Shown piece after piece: positions 10,274 through 19,363 of a stretch of DNA of 64,000 nucleotides. Origin of the DNA: Nitrospirota bacterium (GTDB taxonomy: Bacteria > Nitrospirota > Nitrospiria > Nitrospirales > NS-4). The notes under the pieces are model-generated. The model was not told the DNA's origin. It searched no databases and saw nothing but the letters and a program-made list of their open reading frames with translations. Both the position numbers and the translations under genes were made by a program. Numbering within the stretch: position 1 is the first letter of the stretch; every line of letters starts with the position of its first letter. The stretch is taken from NCBI GenBank assembly GCA_963788195.1, contig CAWBGA010000001.1, forward strand, positions 288,001 through 352,000. Reading direction: 5' to 3'.

Positions 10274-11130
10274 TGGACCTTCTTCGAGAAATGTTCGACT
10301 CCGAATTTCTTCTTCGGCACGCCCTGTACGCTAGCCTGACTATCGGCCTGGTCTGCCCGTTGGTCGGTGTCTACCTTGTTCTCCGGCGCATGGTGTTTCT
10401 TGGAATCGCGATTCCTCAAATTTCCGCGGCCGGGATCGCTTTCGCCTATCTGCTCCATACGCTGGGCGTTCATTTTTACCCCCATGAAGCAGAGGAACAG
10501 CTCATGGCGCTGACAGGATCGATTCTCTTTTCCGTGGGCGCGATCCTGGCGCTGGCGTCCCTGGACCTTAAGGGACGGGGGTGGGTGGAGGGTCGGATCG
10601 GCGCGACCTATGCGGGGGCCGCCGCCGCCAGCATTTTGTTTGTCGCCGCGAATCCCTATGGTGAATCGACCCTATTGTCTTTGCTCCGCGGAGACGTCCT
10701 TGGCATCTCGGCAGCCCAATTCTGGGCCACTATTGCAATCTATGCCGGAATCGCGGTTTTGACGCTGCTGCTGCAGAAAGAATTTACGTTCGTGTCCTTC
10801 GACCGCGAGATGGCCCTGAGCTTGGGAAAAAACGTTGCGGCGTGGGACCTGTGTTTATACCTGATGATCGGTCTCGCCATTGCCTTCGGCGTGATGACGG
10901 TTGGACCTCTGTTGATTTTCGGGTTTTTGATAATTCCGCCCTTGGCGGCCAGGCGGATTACCAAAGGCATGTGGCCGTTTTCGCTCGTATCTTCAGCCAT
11001 CGGAGGTATCACTGCCCTGGTAGGATTTTACCTGTCGCTCAGGTGGGATCTGCCCCTTGGACCGACCGACGTCGCCGTCGCGTGCGTGATTCTGGCGGCG
11101 ATCAGCGTTGCCAAAGCGATCAAGAGGTGA
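10273..11130 (+). CDS. Metal ABC transporter permease (ZnuB-like)
   Basis: Multiple TM helices, GVYLVLRRMVFLG, SFDRE and DLPLGPT. Confidence 0.92.
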   Translation: MDLLREMFDSEFLLRHALYASLTIGLVCPLVGVYLVLRRMVFLGIAIPQISAAGIAFAYLLHTLGVHFYPHEAEEQLMALTGSILFSVGAILALASLDLKGRGWVEGRIGATYAGAAAASILFVAANPYGESTLLSLLRGDVLGISAAQFWATIAIYAGIAVLTLLLQKEFTFVSFDREMALSLGKNVAAWDLCLYLMIGLAIAFGVMTVGPLLIFGFLIIPPLAARRITKGMWPFSLVSSAIGGITALVGFYLSLRWDLPLGPTDVAVACVILAAISVAKAIKR

Positions 11131-11146
11131 TGAGATTAGCTAATGC

Positions 11147-11938
11147 TTAGTAGAGCTTCTCAATGGACCGCTCGTAATACGTCGGCATTTCTGGCGGAAC
11201 CCCAGGGGGCGCGCGCTTGGGAAATAGCTTTTCGTGATCTGCATTCTCTTTGGCCATCGTTTTTTTCTTGGCGGCATCGGATTCCACGGTTGCCACGGTC
11301 TTGACCGTCTTACCCCCTGAAGGCTCTACGATCTCGCGTGGGGTGGTGCCCGGCGCTCCGTCGAAGACAAACGCGTCGGTGAGGAATACGTGGCTGACGA
11401 TCCGCTGTACACCCGACATGCGGGCGAGCGTGATGACCCGGTCGAGTTCCTCGCGGCTTTTCGCCATGCCCATGAAATAGATTACTGAATTAACTGCACG
11501 CCATCGAAAGTTGATTGAAGTCAGCCCGGCAGCGAATACTAACTTGGCTTTCAACTTGTTTTCCATCAGGAGGTCAGTGACGCGCTGCGTCACACCTTCC
11601 TCTGTTGAGACCTGTATTTCATTGAAGAGCTCACGGACCCCTCTGGCCTGCCGTGCTATTTTTTCAGCCTTCTGTTTGTCTTTCTCTTCTTTGACGGCGC
11701 CCGTCAGCATCACCATGCCCTGGTAAACATCGGTGCTGACATTGAGGGACAAAGCCTCGTCGAAAAGTCCGCTTGTGATCTCCGATTTGATGGAATAGTC
11801 GTCTGCGACATTTAAAAGGGAGCGATCTGCGGCCAGCATGACACCGACATCGACGCCTGTTCTTACTGCCGTCGACACCCATTCGCAGCCTGACAGCAAG
11901 CTCAAAATGGCAAGTATTGTAATGAATCGAGTTCCCAT
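11147..11938 (-). CDS. BON domain lipoprotein (DolP/OsmY-like)
   Basis: Lipobox LSGC and two BON-like repeats (VMLTGAV...ARGVRELFNEI; VIYFMG...GVQRIVSHV). Confidence 0.8.
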   Translation of the reverse strand: MGTRFITILAILSLLSGCEWVSTAVRTGVDVGVMLAADRSLLNVADDYSIKSEITSGLFDEALSLNVSTDVYQGMVMLTGAVKEEKDKQKAEKIARQARGVRELFNEIQVSTEEGVTQRVTDLLMENKLKAKLVFAAGLTSINFRWRAVNSVIYFMGMAKSREELDRVITLARMSGVQRIVSHVFLTDAFVFDGAPGTTPREIVEPSGGKTVKTVATVESDAAKKKTMAKENADHEKLFPKRAPPGVPPEMPTYYERSIEKLY

Positions 11939-12073
11939 TTCGGTAGATGCGATCCTTATATGCCATTCGGTCGACTGCGACCTCCTTCTCTCAGTTGAGG
12001 AGGGAGGTCAACCTTAATATCGGTAAGATGTTGGTGAAGCTTAAGAATACGGGGAAAAGTAGGTTATCTTGTC

Positions 12074-12772
12074 TTATCCAGACCTTTGGGACTCATCTGC
12101 CAGGAATTCCAGGAAGTATTGCCGGTTGAGAAAGCTGTGCTCGTTGGTTAGCTTGTAGCCCGCCTGACTCATCTCGTCGATAACTGTATCCCGGCGCACC
12201 AAATGGTCTTTTGAGAAACCGAGTTCCCCTGAGCGCTCATCGTGATAGAAATCGATGATCGCCACACGGCCGCCAGGCTTCAGCGACTCGCGGACGCGCC
12301 TAAAGTAGTCGGATCGCATGCTGAGGTGATGGTAGGTATTGCAGAGAAACACTAGATCCACCGAGCGCGGCGGTAGCATTGGATCATCAGGCTTTGCCAG
12401 GACAAATTTAGCGTTGTAGGGGGTGTGCAAGTGCTCCACCATCTCCTCGTTGTACCTGAGCATAGCGGGTTCCACATCAATGGCATACACCATGCCTTTA
12501 TCCTGAACAGCCCAAACGAACTTGCGGGTAAAATACCCGGACCCTGCCCCAATGTCGGCGATTGTCATGTATTCGTCCAACTGGAGTGCTTTGATCACTT
12601 CATCAGGTCTCTGATCCCTGTCACGTTGAGGCTTCTCCAGTGCATCGATATATTGCTGGATGTCGGATGGACCCCGTCGCTCAGAATGGCCCTGCCCGTG
12701 CTGCTGTGCCCAGGCAGGGTTCTCAATGAACGCGCAGAGGAAAAGTATGAGGAAGAAATGAAGTCTTTTCAC
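12074..12772 (-). CDS. Class I SAM-dependent methyltransferase with signal peptide
   Basis: IADIGAGSGYF, VYAIDVE, VDLVFLCNTYHH and LKPGGRVAIID. Confidence 0.88.
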   Translation of the reverse strand: MKRLHFFLILFLCAFIENPAWAQQHGQGHSERRGPSDIQQYIDALEKPQRDRDQRPDEVIKALQLDEYMTIADIGAGSGYFTRKFVWAVQDKGMVYAIDVEPAMLRYNEEMVEHLHTPYNAKFVLAKPDDPMLPPRSVDLVFLCNTYHHLSMRSDYFRRVRESLKPGGRVAIIDFYHDERSGELGFSKDHLVRRDTVIDEMSQAGYKLTNEHSFLNRQYFLEFLADESQRSG

Positions 12773-12795
12773 GCAGAGCCTCTTTTTATCTTGTT

Positions 12796-13052
12796 GTCAC
12801 CCTGAACCCTTCACCTGGCATGCTGCGCCCTTCGATGTCATCCTGAGTCCTTCGGCTGTCATGCTGAATCCTTCGCTCGTCATCCTGAACGAAGTGAAGG
12901 ATCTCAATTCGACACTCAGGATAAACTCCGTGAAGCATCTCTCTTGCGTCTCAGGATAAACGCCGCGAAGCATCTCGATTGCGCGCTCAGGATAAACCCC
13001 GTGAAGGGTCTCGCTGCAGGAGTCAGATTCTTCGCTTCGCTCAGAATGACAA
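12796..13052. repeat. Nested cluster of GTCATCCTGA-type REP-like elements
   Basis: Five successive GTCA(T/C)(C/G)CTGA-like left halves, three CTCAGGATAAAC-N-CCG(T/C)GAAG(C/G)(A/G)TCTC right halves and a terminal AGATTCTTCGCTTCGCTCAGAATGAC. Confidence 0.85.
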
Positions 13053-13057
13053 TGCAT

Positions 13058-13453
13058 CTAGCTCCACTCATCTGTGGGGTCGCGCGGGATGGTGGTTGCG
13101 AACATAATGGCGAGCGCCGGCAGAGCGGTCTTATTCGCTGCTGAATGGTAGACGTCCTTCGGCACCAGGAGCAAACGGCTCCCGGGCCGCAACACGATCA
13201 CCTCTCGCTCCTTCGATCGCACGTCCTCCAGGGTCATCTCAAGCTCTCCGTCGCGCATCCAGACTGCCACCTGGTGTTGCTTGTGATAGTGCATGCCGGC
13301 GGTCGCGCCGGGTTGAATCTGATTGGAATACACGTAGAGTATCGGTGCTCCCAGGGCCTGTTCAATGGCTTTTAGATCAAAAACCTCCTGTCGACGCCCC
13401 GGCTTGTGGGGATCTTCATCGATTTTGTATTCCAACCAACGGCTGACACTCAC
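13058..13453 (-). CDS. Cupin-fold protein (WxcM/FdtA-like)
   Basis: PGATAGMHYHKQ and LLVPKDVYHSA cupin motifs. Confidence 0.7.
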   Translation of the reverse strand: MSVSRWLEYKIDEDPHKPGRRQEVFDLKAIEQALGAPILYVYSNQIQPGATAGMHYHKQHQVAVWMRDGELEMTLEDVRSKEREVIVLRPGSRLLLVPKDVYHSAANKTALPALAIMFATTIPRDPTDEWS

Positions 13454-13467
13454 TTTCGGTTCACCCC

Positions 13468-15447
13468 TTATTTAATCTTCGATCCTGGAGGGACATCTTC
13501 GGCGGTCGTGAGGAGCGCGGTGAGGTCCTGATCGCCGGCCGCCAGAACCATTCCCTGGGATTCCAGTCCCATTAATTTGGCGGGCTTCATGTTTGCTACC
13601 ACCACGATCCGCTTGCCGATCAGGTCTTCCGGCGCATACTTGACACCGATGCCGGCGACAATTTGCCGTTGATCGGCGCCAAGATCGACCTGCAGCTTGA
13701 GAAGCTTTGTGGATTTTGGCACGCGCTCCGCGGTAAGGACGGTGCCTACGCGAAGGACGACCTTCTTGAAATCCTCGATGGTAATCTGTTCTTCAACGGA
13801 TGACGCTACTGAAGGTGTAGCGGGGGGCGAGACTGTCGGCATCGCCTCGGGTGACTGGGGGTCTGGCTGTTCGCTCACGCGTTTCGCTCCTTGGGTTGAT
13901 GAGTCGATTCTTGGGAAGAGGGGCCGGCCTTTTGCGATAGGGGTGCCGGGGAGGCTCCCTCCCCAGGTTATTTCAGAGGCCAGCAACGGCTTGGAGAAAT
14001 TTAGGAGAAGGCCAAGTTGCTGTTTCATCTCTTCGGCGGCCTGGGGTATAAATGGATGTAGTATGAGGCAGAGAAATCGCAGCGTCTCGACCGTATTATA
14101 GAGAACAGTCCTGAGCCGTCCCTCCTCGGCAGGGTTCTTGGCCAAATTCCACGGTGCGCATTTATCAATGTACTGATTGCCCAGCTGAACGACACCCCAG
14201 ATCGCCTCGAGTGCGCGATTGAATTCAAAGTTCTGAAGACAGTTGTAGACGAGAGACGGTAGCGCAACACAGGTTTCTTGCAAGGCCTTGTCTTGGTCCT
14301 GGCTTGCCGTGGGTTCAGGCTCAGGTACCCGTCCCCCCGCATAACGCTCCAGCATGGTGAGAGTCCGATTCAACAGGTTGCCGAGATCGTTGGCCAGATC
14401 GCTGTTGATACGGGTGAGTAGCGCCTGCCGTGAAAAGTCTCCATCCTGGCCGAAAGGGATCTCTCGCAAAAGAAAGTAGCGAAATTGGTCGACGCCAAAC
14501 TCGTCCACGATCGAATAGGGGTCGACCACGTTGCCGCGGCTCTTGGACATCTTCTCGCCGTTCACCGTCCACCAGCCATGCGCAAAGATGGTTCTTGGAA
14601 TCTCCAATTGCATGGCCTTGAGCATGGTCGACCAGTAGACGGAGTGGGTGGTCAGAATGTCTTTCCCGATAAGATGCACATCGGCAGGCCACCATTTGGC
14701 AAACGCGGCTTCGTCCACAAGATAGCCGGGTATGGAGATGTAGTTCACCAAGGCGTCGAACCATACATAGGTGACGTAATTGGCATCAAAGGGCAGCTCG
14801 ATCCCCCAGGTGAGCCGAGATTTGGGGCGTGAGATCGACAAATCCTCCAACGGCTTTTGAAGGAAGCCGAGGACTTCGTTCTGGCGCGAGCGTGGCCGGA
14901 TGAAGTCGGGATGCTGCTTGATGTATGCAATCAGCCAGTCCTGGTATTTGCTCATCCGGAAGAAGTAATTTGTCTCGCTGAGTTGCTCGACAGGGCGCTG
15001 GCAATCGGGGCACAGGCCGCCGATGACGTCCTTTTCGGTCCAGAACCGCTCGTCGAAGGTGCAATACCAACCGGTATAGCTGGCCTGATAGATCTCGCCT
15101 TTGTCGTACAGCTGCTGTAGCGCCTTTTGCACTACCTTCGTGTGCCTTGGCTCCGTCGTACGTACAAAGTCGTCGTTGGAGATGTTCAGTCGTTTCCAGA
15201 GTTTCACGAACTGCGGTGCAAGCCGGTCGCAATGCACCTGTGGCTCGACGCCGGCTTTGGCCGCCGCCTGCTGAACCTTTTGGCCGTGTTCATCGAGACC
15301 GGTCAGAAAGAAGACATGAGGGCTTCCAACTCTCAGCCGGTGATATCTCGCCAGGACGTCTGCAGCAATAGTGGTGTAGGCATGGCCGATATGCGGGACA
15401 TCGTTGACGTAATAGATCGGCGTGGTGATGTAAAAAGTCTTCTTCAA
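13468..15447 (-). CDS. metG: Methionine--tRNA ligase with C-terminal tRNA-binding domain
   Basis: ITTPIYYVN, HIGH, YVWFDAL, GKDI, KMSKS and a C-terminal OB-fold (IVAGI...SQGMVLAA). Confidence 0.97.
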   Translation of the reverse strand: MKKTFYITTPIYYVNDVPHIGHAYTTIAADVLARYHRLRVGSPHVFFLTGLDEHGQKVQQAAAKAGVEPQVHCDRLAPQFVKLWKRLNISNDDFVRTTEPRHTKVVQKALQQLYDKGEIYQASYTGWYCTFDERFWTEKDVIGGLCPDCQRPVEQLSETNYFFRMSKYQDWLIAYIKQHPDFIRPRSRQNEVLGFLQKPLEDLSISRPKSRLTWGIELPFDANYVTYVWFDALVNYISIPGYLVDEAAFAKWWPADVHLIGKDILTTHSVYWSTMLKAMQLEIPRTIFAHGWWTVNGEKMSKSRGNVVDPYSIVDEFGVDQFRYFLLREIPFGQDGDFSRQALLTRINSDLANDLGNLLNRTLTMLERYAGGRVPEPEPTASQDQDKALQETCVALPSLVYNCLQNFEFNRALEAIWGVVQLGNQYIDKCAPWNLAKNPAEEGRLRTVLYNTVETLRFLCLILHPFIPQAAEEMKQQLGLLLNFSKPLLASEITWGGSLPGTPIAKGRPLFPRIDSSTQGAKRVSEQPDPQSPEAMPTVSPPATPSVASSVEEQITIEDFKKVVLRVGTVLTAERVPKSTKLLKLQVDLGADQRQIVAGIGVKYAPEDLIGKRIVVVANMKPAKLMGLESQGMVLAAGDQDLTALLTTAEDVPPGSKIK

Positions 15448-15461
15448 TCGAGCTAAATGGA

Positions 15462-16466
15462 TCAGGCGGCTTTGGTCTGAAGCGCGTCGCGGAGCCGGAG
15501 GAGCACTCCCTCGAGAGTCAATTGCTTGTTGAGGTTTCGCTCCATGCCTTCTTGTAGGGTCTCGACAAACGCCGCCAATTCGAGAATCTTCTCCACGGTG
15601 AGGCGCGTCGCAAGGCGCTTCAGATCATCGAGGCAATCACTGTTGATCAGGCGGCCATGGTCTCCCCCAACCTTCACAATGGCAAGATCGCGAAACCACG
15701 CGGCGAGCCACCCGAGCGCCGCGTCGGCGTATTCTGATTTGGCGATAGCTTCGGCCACCTTGAACAGGGCTGCGACACTGTCAAGACAATCGCGGCTCAC
15801 GAGTTCCAGCAAGGCCGCCCGTTGCGCGCGGAGATCCTCTGTGTTGGCTTCGAGCGCGAACCCAACCCTTCCCCCGGATACCACTGACAGAAACCGCGCG
15901 TCACTGTCCGAGAGCCGCCGTTGCCGGATGAGAAGGTCTTTGACGAGACCGATGGGAAGCGGGGCGAATCGCAATTCCTGACACCGGGACCGGATGGTGG
16001 GCAGCAGGCATTCCGGATAGGCAGAGACCAGTATGATCAGACTCTGAGGCGGAGGCTCTTCGATGGTCTTGAGCAACGCATTTGCCGCTTCCTGCCTGAG
16101 CAAATCAGCATTATCGAGGATCACAATTTTGCGTGATCCAACGAGAGGCCGGTAGATGAATCGCGATTCAATCTCGCGCGTCTGGTCGGTTTCACCCTTG
16201 CCGCTGGTTGCTTGAATGATCGTGACATCCGGATGGGACCCAATGTCGATCTGGTGGCAAGAGCGACAAGTACCGCATGCGTCCGGCGGCGACAAGGCCG
16301 GTGCCGCTTCGCAGTTAATGGCCTGTGCGAGCACCTTGGCTACGAGCCGTTTGCCGATCCTGTCCTCGCCGTGAAATAGCAAGGCATGCGCGAGGCGTCC
16401 GCTTTCGAGCGCTGCTTGCAGGAAGCGCTGCGGCTGGGCGTGACCGATGATAGACTTAAACGGCAT
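15462..16466 (-). CDS. holB: DNA polymerase III subunit delta'
   Basis: HALLFHG, CGTCRSC zinc motif, HPDV, AANALLKTIEEPP and TIRSRC. Confidence 0.94.
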   Translation of the reverse strand: MPFKSIIGHAQPQRFLQAALESGRLAHALLFHGEDRIGKRLVAKVLAQAINCEAAPALSPPDACGTCRSCHQIDIGSHPDVTIIQATSGKGETDQTREIESRFIYRPLVGSRKIVILDNADLLRQEAANALLKTIEEPPPQSLIILVSAYPECLLPTIRSRCQELRFAPLPIGLVKDLLIRQRRLSDSDARFLSVVSGGRVGFALEANTEDLRAQRAALLELVSRDCLDSVAALFKVAEAIAKSEYADAALGWLAAWFRDLAIVKVGGDHGRLINSDCLDDLKRLATRLTVEKILELAAFVETLQEGMERNLNKQLTLEGVLLRLRDALQTKAA

Positions 16467-17136
16467 GAGGCTCCACTCTCGTTAAGCGATTGTGACTCCT
16501 GCCCAATCGTTCCTCCACAATCCGCCGAACAGCTTGCGCGACCAGGTCGGGTGGCGTGGTGCCATCAATAACACGGACGCGACGGGGTTCTTGCCGGGCG
16601 ATCCGGAGATAGCCTTTGCGGACCCTGTGATGAAACACGTCCTCTTCAAGATCGAGCCGATCCATATTGCCTGCCCGTCGTTTCCGATCCAGTCCGACGC
16701 CGACGGGGATATCTAGAAGGATCGTGAGGTTCGGGACTAGTCGACCTGATGCAAAGCGAATCAATTGGCGCGTGACGGAGGCACCTAGCCCGCGGCCGTA
16801 CCCCTGGTACGCAAGGGTCGCGTCAGCGTAGCGGTCACACAGTACGACCGCGCCTTTTTCCATTGAAGGCAGGATGATATCAGTAAGATGTTGCACGCGG
16901 CTGGCGAGATAGAGAAGCAGCTCGCACCGGGCATCCATGGCGCGATTGCCAGGAGCTAAGAGAACAGAACGGATCTGCTCACTGATCGGCGAACCGCCGG
17001 GCTCCCGGGTCTCGATGACCAGATATCCCAGAGATCGAAGGCGGTCGGCCAGTAGGTGGATCTGGGTCGTCTTCCCGGAGCCTTCGATCCCTTCAAAACT
17101 AAGTAAAAACCCCCGCTTTCGGCGCTCCCCCTGCAC
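16456..17136 (-). CDS. tmk: Thymidylate kinase
   Basis: FEGIEGSGKTT, TREPGG and CDRYADATLAYQGYGRG. Confidence 0.96.
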   Translation of the reverse strand: MQGERRKRGFLLSFEGIEGSGKTTQIHLLADRLRSLGYLVIETREPGGSPISEQIRSVLLAPGNRAMDARCELLLYLASRVQHLTDIILPSMEKGAVVLCDRYADATLAYQGYGRGLGASVTRQLIRFASGRLVPNLTILLDIPVGVGLDRKRRAGNMDRLDLEEDVFHHRVRKGYLRIARQEPRRVRVIDGTTPPDLVAQAVRRIVEERLGRSHNRLTRVEPHAV

Positions 17137-17283
17137 TCCTCAATGGCCTCCTTATGTGATTTTGGTAAGTCGTGAATGATAGTTTAACTCATTGAAAATA
17201 GCAAGAAATGGCTTGCGCGTGTCCCTGGATGTTTGTATGATGAACCGCAGTACTTCGGCGCTATCTGAGACCGCACGCACACC

Positions 17284-17931
17284 ATGTTCAAAATCGTGCT
17301 CAAACGGTACTTTTTGACCGGGCTCTTGGTCGTGGTTCCCATCTGGGGAACGATCCTTGTCCTTAAAACTTTGTTTGTCACCTTCGATGGCCTCCTCGGG
17401 GATTTACCTGAACGTTACATAACGCATCGCTATCCCGGCTTAGGGATTCTTCTTCTCTTGATCGTCATCTTCACAGCCGGTCTGCTCACGAGAAATATCG
17501 TCGGGCGTCGCATTGTTGCCGGTTGGGAGGATCTGCTTAAGCGTGTGCCCCTAGTTCGTGGAATTTACGCCACGATTAAATCCATGATGGACGTGTTGGC
17601 CTACCAGGAAAAGGAGAAGGGCAAGGATAAATACAGGGGTGTGGTGATGATTGAATTCCCGCGCAAGGGACAATATGCGCTGGCGCTCGTCACAGGGGTG
17701 ACCCCGGGAGAAGTCCAGGGAATCAGTACCGACCGCGTCATCAATGTGTATGTGCCAACCTCGCCGAATCCGACCTCCGGCTATTTGCTTTTTGTACCGG
17801 AGCGCGAATTGATACCCGTCAACATGACCGTTGATGAAGCCATGAAAATGATGTTCTCCGGAGGAATGTACACCCCAGCGCCGCCCGCTGCCGAGCCGGT
17901 CGGTACCGGTGGCGTGCACCGGGGGATCTAG
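17284..17931 (+). CDS. DUF502 membrane protein
   Basis: FLTGLLVVVPI, RVPLVRGIY and VYVPTSPNPTSGY. Confidence 0.9.
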   Translation: MFKIVLKRYFLTGLLVVVPIWGTILVLKTLFVTFDGLLGDLPERYITHRYPGLGILLLLIVIFTAGLLTRNIVGRRIVAGWEDLLKRVPLVRGIYATIKSMMDVLAYQEKEKGKDKYRGVVMIEFPRKGQYALALVTGVTPGEVQGISTDRVINVYVPTSPNPTSGYLLFVPERELIPVNMTVDEAMKMMFSGGMYTPAPPAAEPVGTGGVHRGI

Positions 17932-17934
17932 CTC

Positions 17935-19362
17935 ATGAAGCGACCGTCGGTCATTATTTTAGCGGCCGGTGAGGGGACGCGCATGCGTTCAAAGCTCACC
18001 AAGGTCCTCCATCCAATCGGCGGCCGCCCCATGGTCCTCTATGCCCTTGAGCTTGCAGAGGCACTGGCGAGCGGCGGCAAGTCAAACATTGCGGTTATCA
18101 CCGGACATCAAGCCGAGAGAGTAAAAGATGTGATCAGCGGATACAACGTTATCCCGGTTGTACAGGCACGGCGGCTTGGTACGGGCCATGCGGTTGCGCA
18201 GGCCCAGCCGGTGTTCGAGGCGGGTGAGGGATGGCGTAAGCGACGATTTATTATCCTCAGTGGCGATACCCCATTGTTACGACAGGCGACTATTCAACGG
18301 ATGCTGGCCCATCACGACTCTGAACGTGCTCTGATCACAGTGCTCACGGCGCATCTCGAGCAACCCGCTGGGTACGGGCGCATAGTGCGGGGGCGCGATG
18401 GATATGTATGGCGAATTGTTGAAGACAAAGATGCCACTCCTGCTGAACGACGCATCAGCGAGGTCAATGCCGGGACCTACATCGTGGAAGGTCATTTCCT
18501 ATTTCCCGCGCTCAGCCAGTTGAAGCCTTCCAATGCGCAGAAGGAATACTACCTGACGGACATTATCTCGATCGCCGTCGGGCTGGGAAAGCGAGTGACG
18601 GCTTATCCCGCTGATGATCCGATCGAAGCGCTGGGCATCAATACGCGGCAGGACCTGGCCGAGGCGGAGCGACTGATGCGGTCCCGTATCCGAGAGCGGC
18701 TAATGGCTGCGGGTGTAACATTTTTGGCTCCGGAAACGAGCTTTGTCGATTCGGAAGTGCAGATCGGTCGAGACTGCGTCATCCATCCGCACACCACCTT
18801 GGAAGGTCGTACAATCATTGGGGAGGATTGTGTGATTCGGTCCCATTGCCGTATCACAGAAAGCGTCCTCACCCGAGGTGTTACCGTGCTGGACGCGTGT
18901 GTCATCGAAGGAGCCCGCCTGGAGGAGGGCTGCGTCGTCGGCCCGTTTTCGCGACTTCGCCCGGGGACGATCATCAGGCGGGCGGCAAAGGTAGGGAACT
19001 TTGTGGAGATGAAGAAAGCGGAACTTGGCATCGGAGCCAAGGCGAATCACTTGAGTTATCTGGGCGATGCTCGAATCGGGAAACGAGTGAACATCGGCGC
19101 GGGGACGATCACCTGCAACTATGACGGGGTGAGCAAACATCAAACCGTCATCGGGGATGATGTATTCATCGGCAGCGATGTGTCGCTGGTCGCTCCGGTG
19201 CAGATCGGCAGGGGCGCGATCATCGGAGCGGGGTCGGTCGTGACAGACAATGTCCCCGCGGAAGCGCTGGCGTTGGGCAGGGCGAGACAAGTGGTGAAGG
19301 CGGGACGGGCGAAGACATGGCGTCAGAAGAACGGCGCAAAGCCTTCGAGAGGCAAACACTAG
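17935..19362 (+). CDS. glmU: Bifunctional UDP-GlcNAc pyrophosphorylase/glucosamine-1-P acetyltransferase
   Basis: LAAGEGTRMRS, GTGHAV, GYGRIVR, EYYLTD, GNFVEMK, HLSYLGD and CNYDG. Confidence 0.97.
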   Translation: MKRPSVIILAAGEGTRMRSKLTKVLHPIGGRPMVLYALELAEALASGGKSNIAVITGHQAERVKDVISGYNVIPVVQARRLGTGHAVAQAQPVFEAGEGWRKRRFIILSGDTPLLRQATIQRMLAHHDSERALITVLTAHLEQPAGYGRIVRGRDGYVWRIVEDKDATPAERRISEVNAGTYIVEGHFLFPALSQLKPSNAQKEYYLTDIISIAVGLGKRVTAYPADDPIEALGINTRQDLAEAERLMRSRIRERLMAAGVTFLAPETSFVDSEVQIGRDCVIHPHTTLEGRTIIGEDCVIRSHCRITESVLTRGVTVLDACVIEGARLEEGCVVGPFSRLRPGTIIRRAAKVGNFVEMKKAELGIGAKANHLSYLGDARIGKRVNIGAGTITCNYDGVSKHQTVIGDDVFIGSDVSLVAPVQIGRGAIIGAGSVVTDNVPAEALALGRARQVVKAGRAKTWRQKNGAKPSRGKH

Positions 19363-19363
19363 C

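Noticed and set aside
12797..13057. ORFs over repeat regions (12797-13057, 5720-6004, 25885-26076, 45285-45494)
   Set aside because: They are translations of palindromic repeats, not credible proteins.
19322..19363. glmS ribozyme upstream of glmS
   Set aside because: glmU ends 1 nt before the glmS start, leaving no leader.
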